From contig OX597814.1 of the NCBI GenBank assembly GCA_951406725.2, positions 194,370,001 through 194,434,000 of the forward strand: 64,000 nt of DNA, given 5' to 3'. The position numbers were made by a program, and so were the translations under genes. The notes below the pieces were generated by a model that worked only from the letters and a program-made list of their open reading frames with translations, was not told the DNA's origin and searched no databases. The stretch comes from Octopus vulgaris. Taxonomy: Eukaryota. Below are positions 62,405 to 64,000 of this stretch, piece by piece (the first letter of the stretch is position 1; each line of letters starts with the position of its first letter).

Positions 62405-62743
62405 AAAATTCGAACAAGTTTGAAAAGAATAAGTGAAAATGCTAAAGTTATAGAAATTAGTGGTAACGAAGAGTGGGTAGGAGAGAAAGAATGATACAAA
62501 ATTCAAAAAAAGAATTTTAATAAAATTAAAATAAGCGTTAGTGCTTGTGTGTGAGACAACTAAATGTATAACATTAAAACAAAACAGCTTTTTCGTACCT
62601 CTTAGACTCATTGGACATACTAATCCCAGATTGCAGAACAGATTTGAAATGGTATCTTTCACTTTGCAAGTTTTCCCGCCGTAACTAATGCGTTTCACTG
62701 TGTGTGTGTGTGTGTGTGTGCGCGTGTGTAAATAGGGTGAGTG

Positions 62744-63123
62744 TAGGCGCAATGGCCCAGTGGTTAGGGCAGCGGACTCGCGGTCGTAGGATCGCGGTTT
62801 CGATTCCCAGACCGGGCGTTGTGAGTGTTTATTGAGCGAAAACACCTAAAAAGCTCCACGATGCTCCGGCAGGGGATGGTGGTGATCCCTGCTGTACTCT
62901 TTCACCACAACTTTCTCTCACTCTTTCTTCCTGTTTCTGTTGTACCTGTATTTCAAAGAGCCAGCCTTGTCACTGTGTCACGCTGAATATCCCCGAGAAC
63001 TACGTTATGGGTACACGTGTCTGTGGAGTGCTCAGCCACTTACACGTTAATTTCACGAGCAGGCTGTTCCGTTGGTCGGATCAACCGGAACCCTCGTCGT
63101 CGTAACCGACGGAGTGCTTCCAC
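62744..63123 (+). mobile_element. tRNA-Arg(TCG)-like SINE (OR-type), well preserved
   Basis: ggcgcaatggcccagtggttagggcagcggacTCGcggtc..ggtttcgattcccagaccgggcg. Confidence 0.8.
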
Positions 63124-64000
63124 AAATAGGGAGAGAGAGAGATGAGTATGGATAAAGTAAGAAAGAAAGGGCCATCTATGAAAGAGGGGAGACAAATGAA
63201 AATAAGAAAACATAAATGATACGAGGCTAATGAGATTTTTAAAAACTTGAGACTTACTTTATGCAGTTGAAGAGGAATTTTGTATGGAGGGCTTTCGATT
63301 TAGCCTTTGAATTTGTCTACAATTCATCTACAACCACACAGATAAAATGTAGACGAATTCACCTAGAACCGGGACATGGTACCCGGAATTGTTCTGAGGG
63401 AATGAATAAATATCAGGCCAAGTATTGATGAAAATAGATACCTGTCCTTCTTACCCATTCTTATGTCCCGCCACGAAATTTCAATGTTTTATATGTGCAT
63501 GTGGTCTTACCCATTTAAGATTTGGCTGTTATTTCAAGAATGTGGATAGCCTGCTTTAAGGCAAAGGCCGTAGAATTGAGACGGAAGGGTGTTGGGGTTT
63601 TTCTTTTTCAATATATATCTATCTTTCTGAAAGTTATGAGGGAAAAATCGGATCTTGTGAATTTTCCCATAGTCCTTTCCCCACCAGGTTCGTTTGCGCA
63701 ATTTTTTCTTTCATATTCGTTTTCTACACAGTTAATACCCAGCAGGTTGGGGTGTTTTTTTTTCGTTAACGGTTGAGGATCTTCATATTGACCTTTTCAG
63801 ATACATTAGGTCAGGGTAGTTGATTCCACGCGAAAACTCCAAGGTCGATGGCAGCGAAGTGGAAATGGCTGTGCAGGGCAGAACACTAAAACCGCGAGCG
63901 ATAGTGACAGCATGATGTGGTGATGGGCATGGACGTTATCTTAGTGAATCGGCTGAGGGTGAACTTGTTAAAATTTACCGCCCTGTCTCAACACGCGTGC

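Noticed and set aside
62744-62820. tRNA-Arg gene (and other tRNA-like heads at 30301, 44511, 48693, 54797)
   Set aside because: Imperfect cloverleafs followed by SINE bodies that recur in the window.
63258-63362. Possible coding exon with a gtaagt donor at ~63257
   Set aside because: The ATG-initiated frame stops just before the donor, and the other open frame ends in phase 2, which does not fit the phase-1 acceptor at 57277. It may be a UTR exon but is unsupported.
24600-64000. Numerous 60-160 aa ORFs in the ORF track
   Set aside because: They lie in SINEs, MITEs or microsatellites, or are antisense to KIF22 exons, and show no recognisable domains.

Overview
AT-rich, repeat-dense eukaryotic genomic DNA. 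The SINE families and (TA)n/(CA)n microsatellites resemble those of Octopus (cephalopod; an inference from recalled repeat sequences). The window has two parts. (1) About 1-24 kb is gene-free and made of nested, decayed retroelements and DNA transposons: CR1-group and Tx1/L1 LINEs, two Penelope-like elements (one with a clear type-I hammerhead ribozyme), hAT and Merlin transposase remnants, Gypsy gag, and a tandem cluster of R2-A-type elements (3 zinc fingers + Myb) ending in a decayed 28S rRNA fragment. (2) About 28.5-57.3 kb holds an intact minus-strand kinesin-10 chromokinesin gene (KIF22/Kid-like). I assembled it by hand into 15 phase-compatible GT-AG coding exons giving 602 aa from the Met at 57251; an extra 5' exon may lie at 62.6-63.5 kb. 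Its introns are packed with tRNA-derived SINEs, Helitrons, Merlin/piggyBac/hAT/Tc-type MITEs and a U6-SINE chimeric retrocopy. The strongest leads are a tRNA-headed SINE carrying a Penelope-type minimal hammerhead with 5' inversions, and an R2-A element whose junction with 28S lies near the R1 site rather than the canonical R2 site. All family assignments come from recognising motifs by eye; no database search was run.
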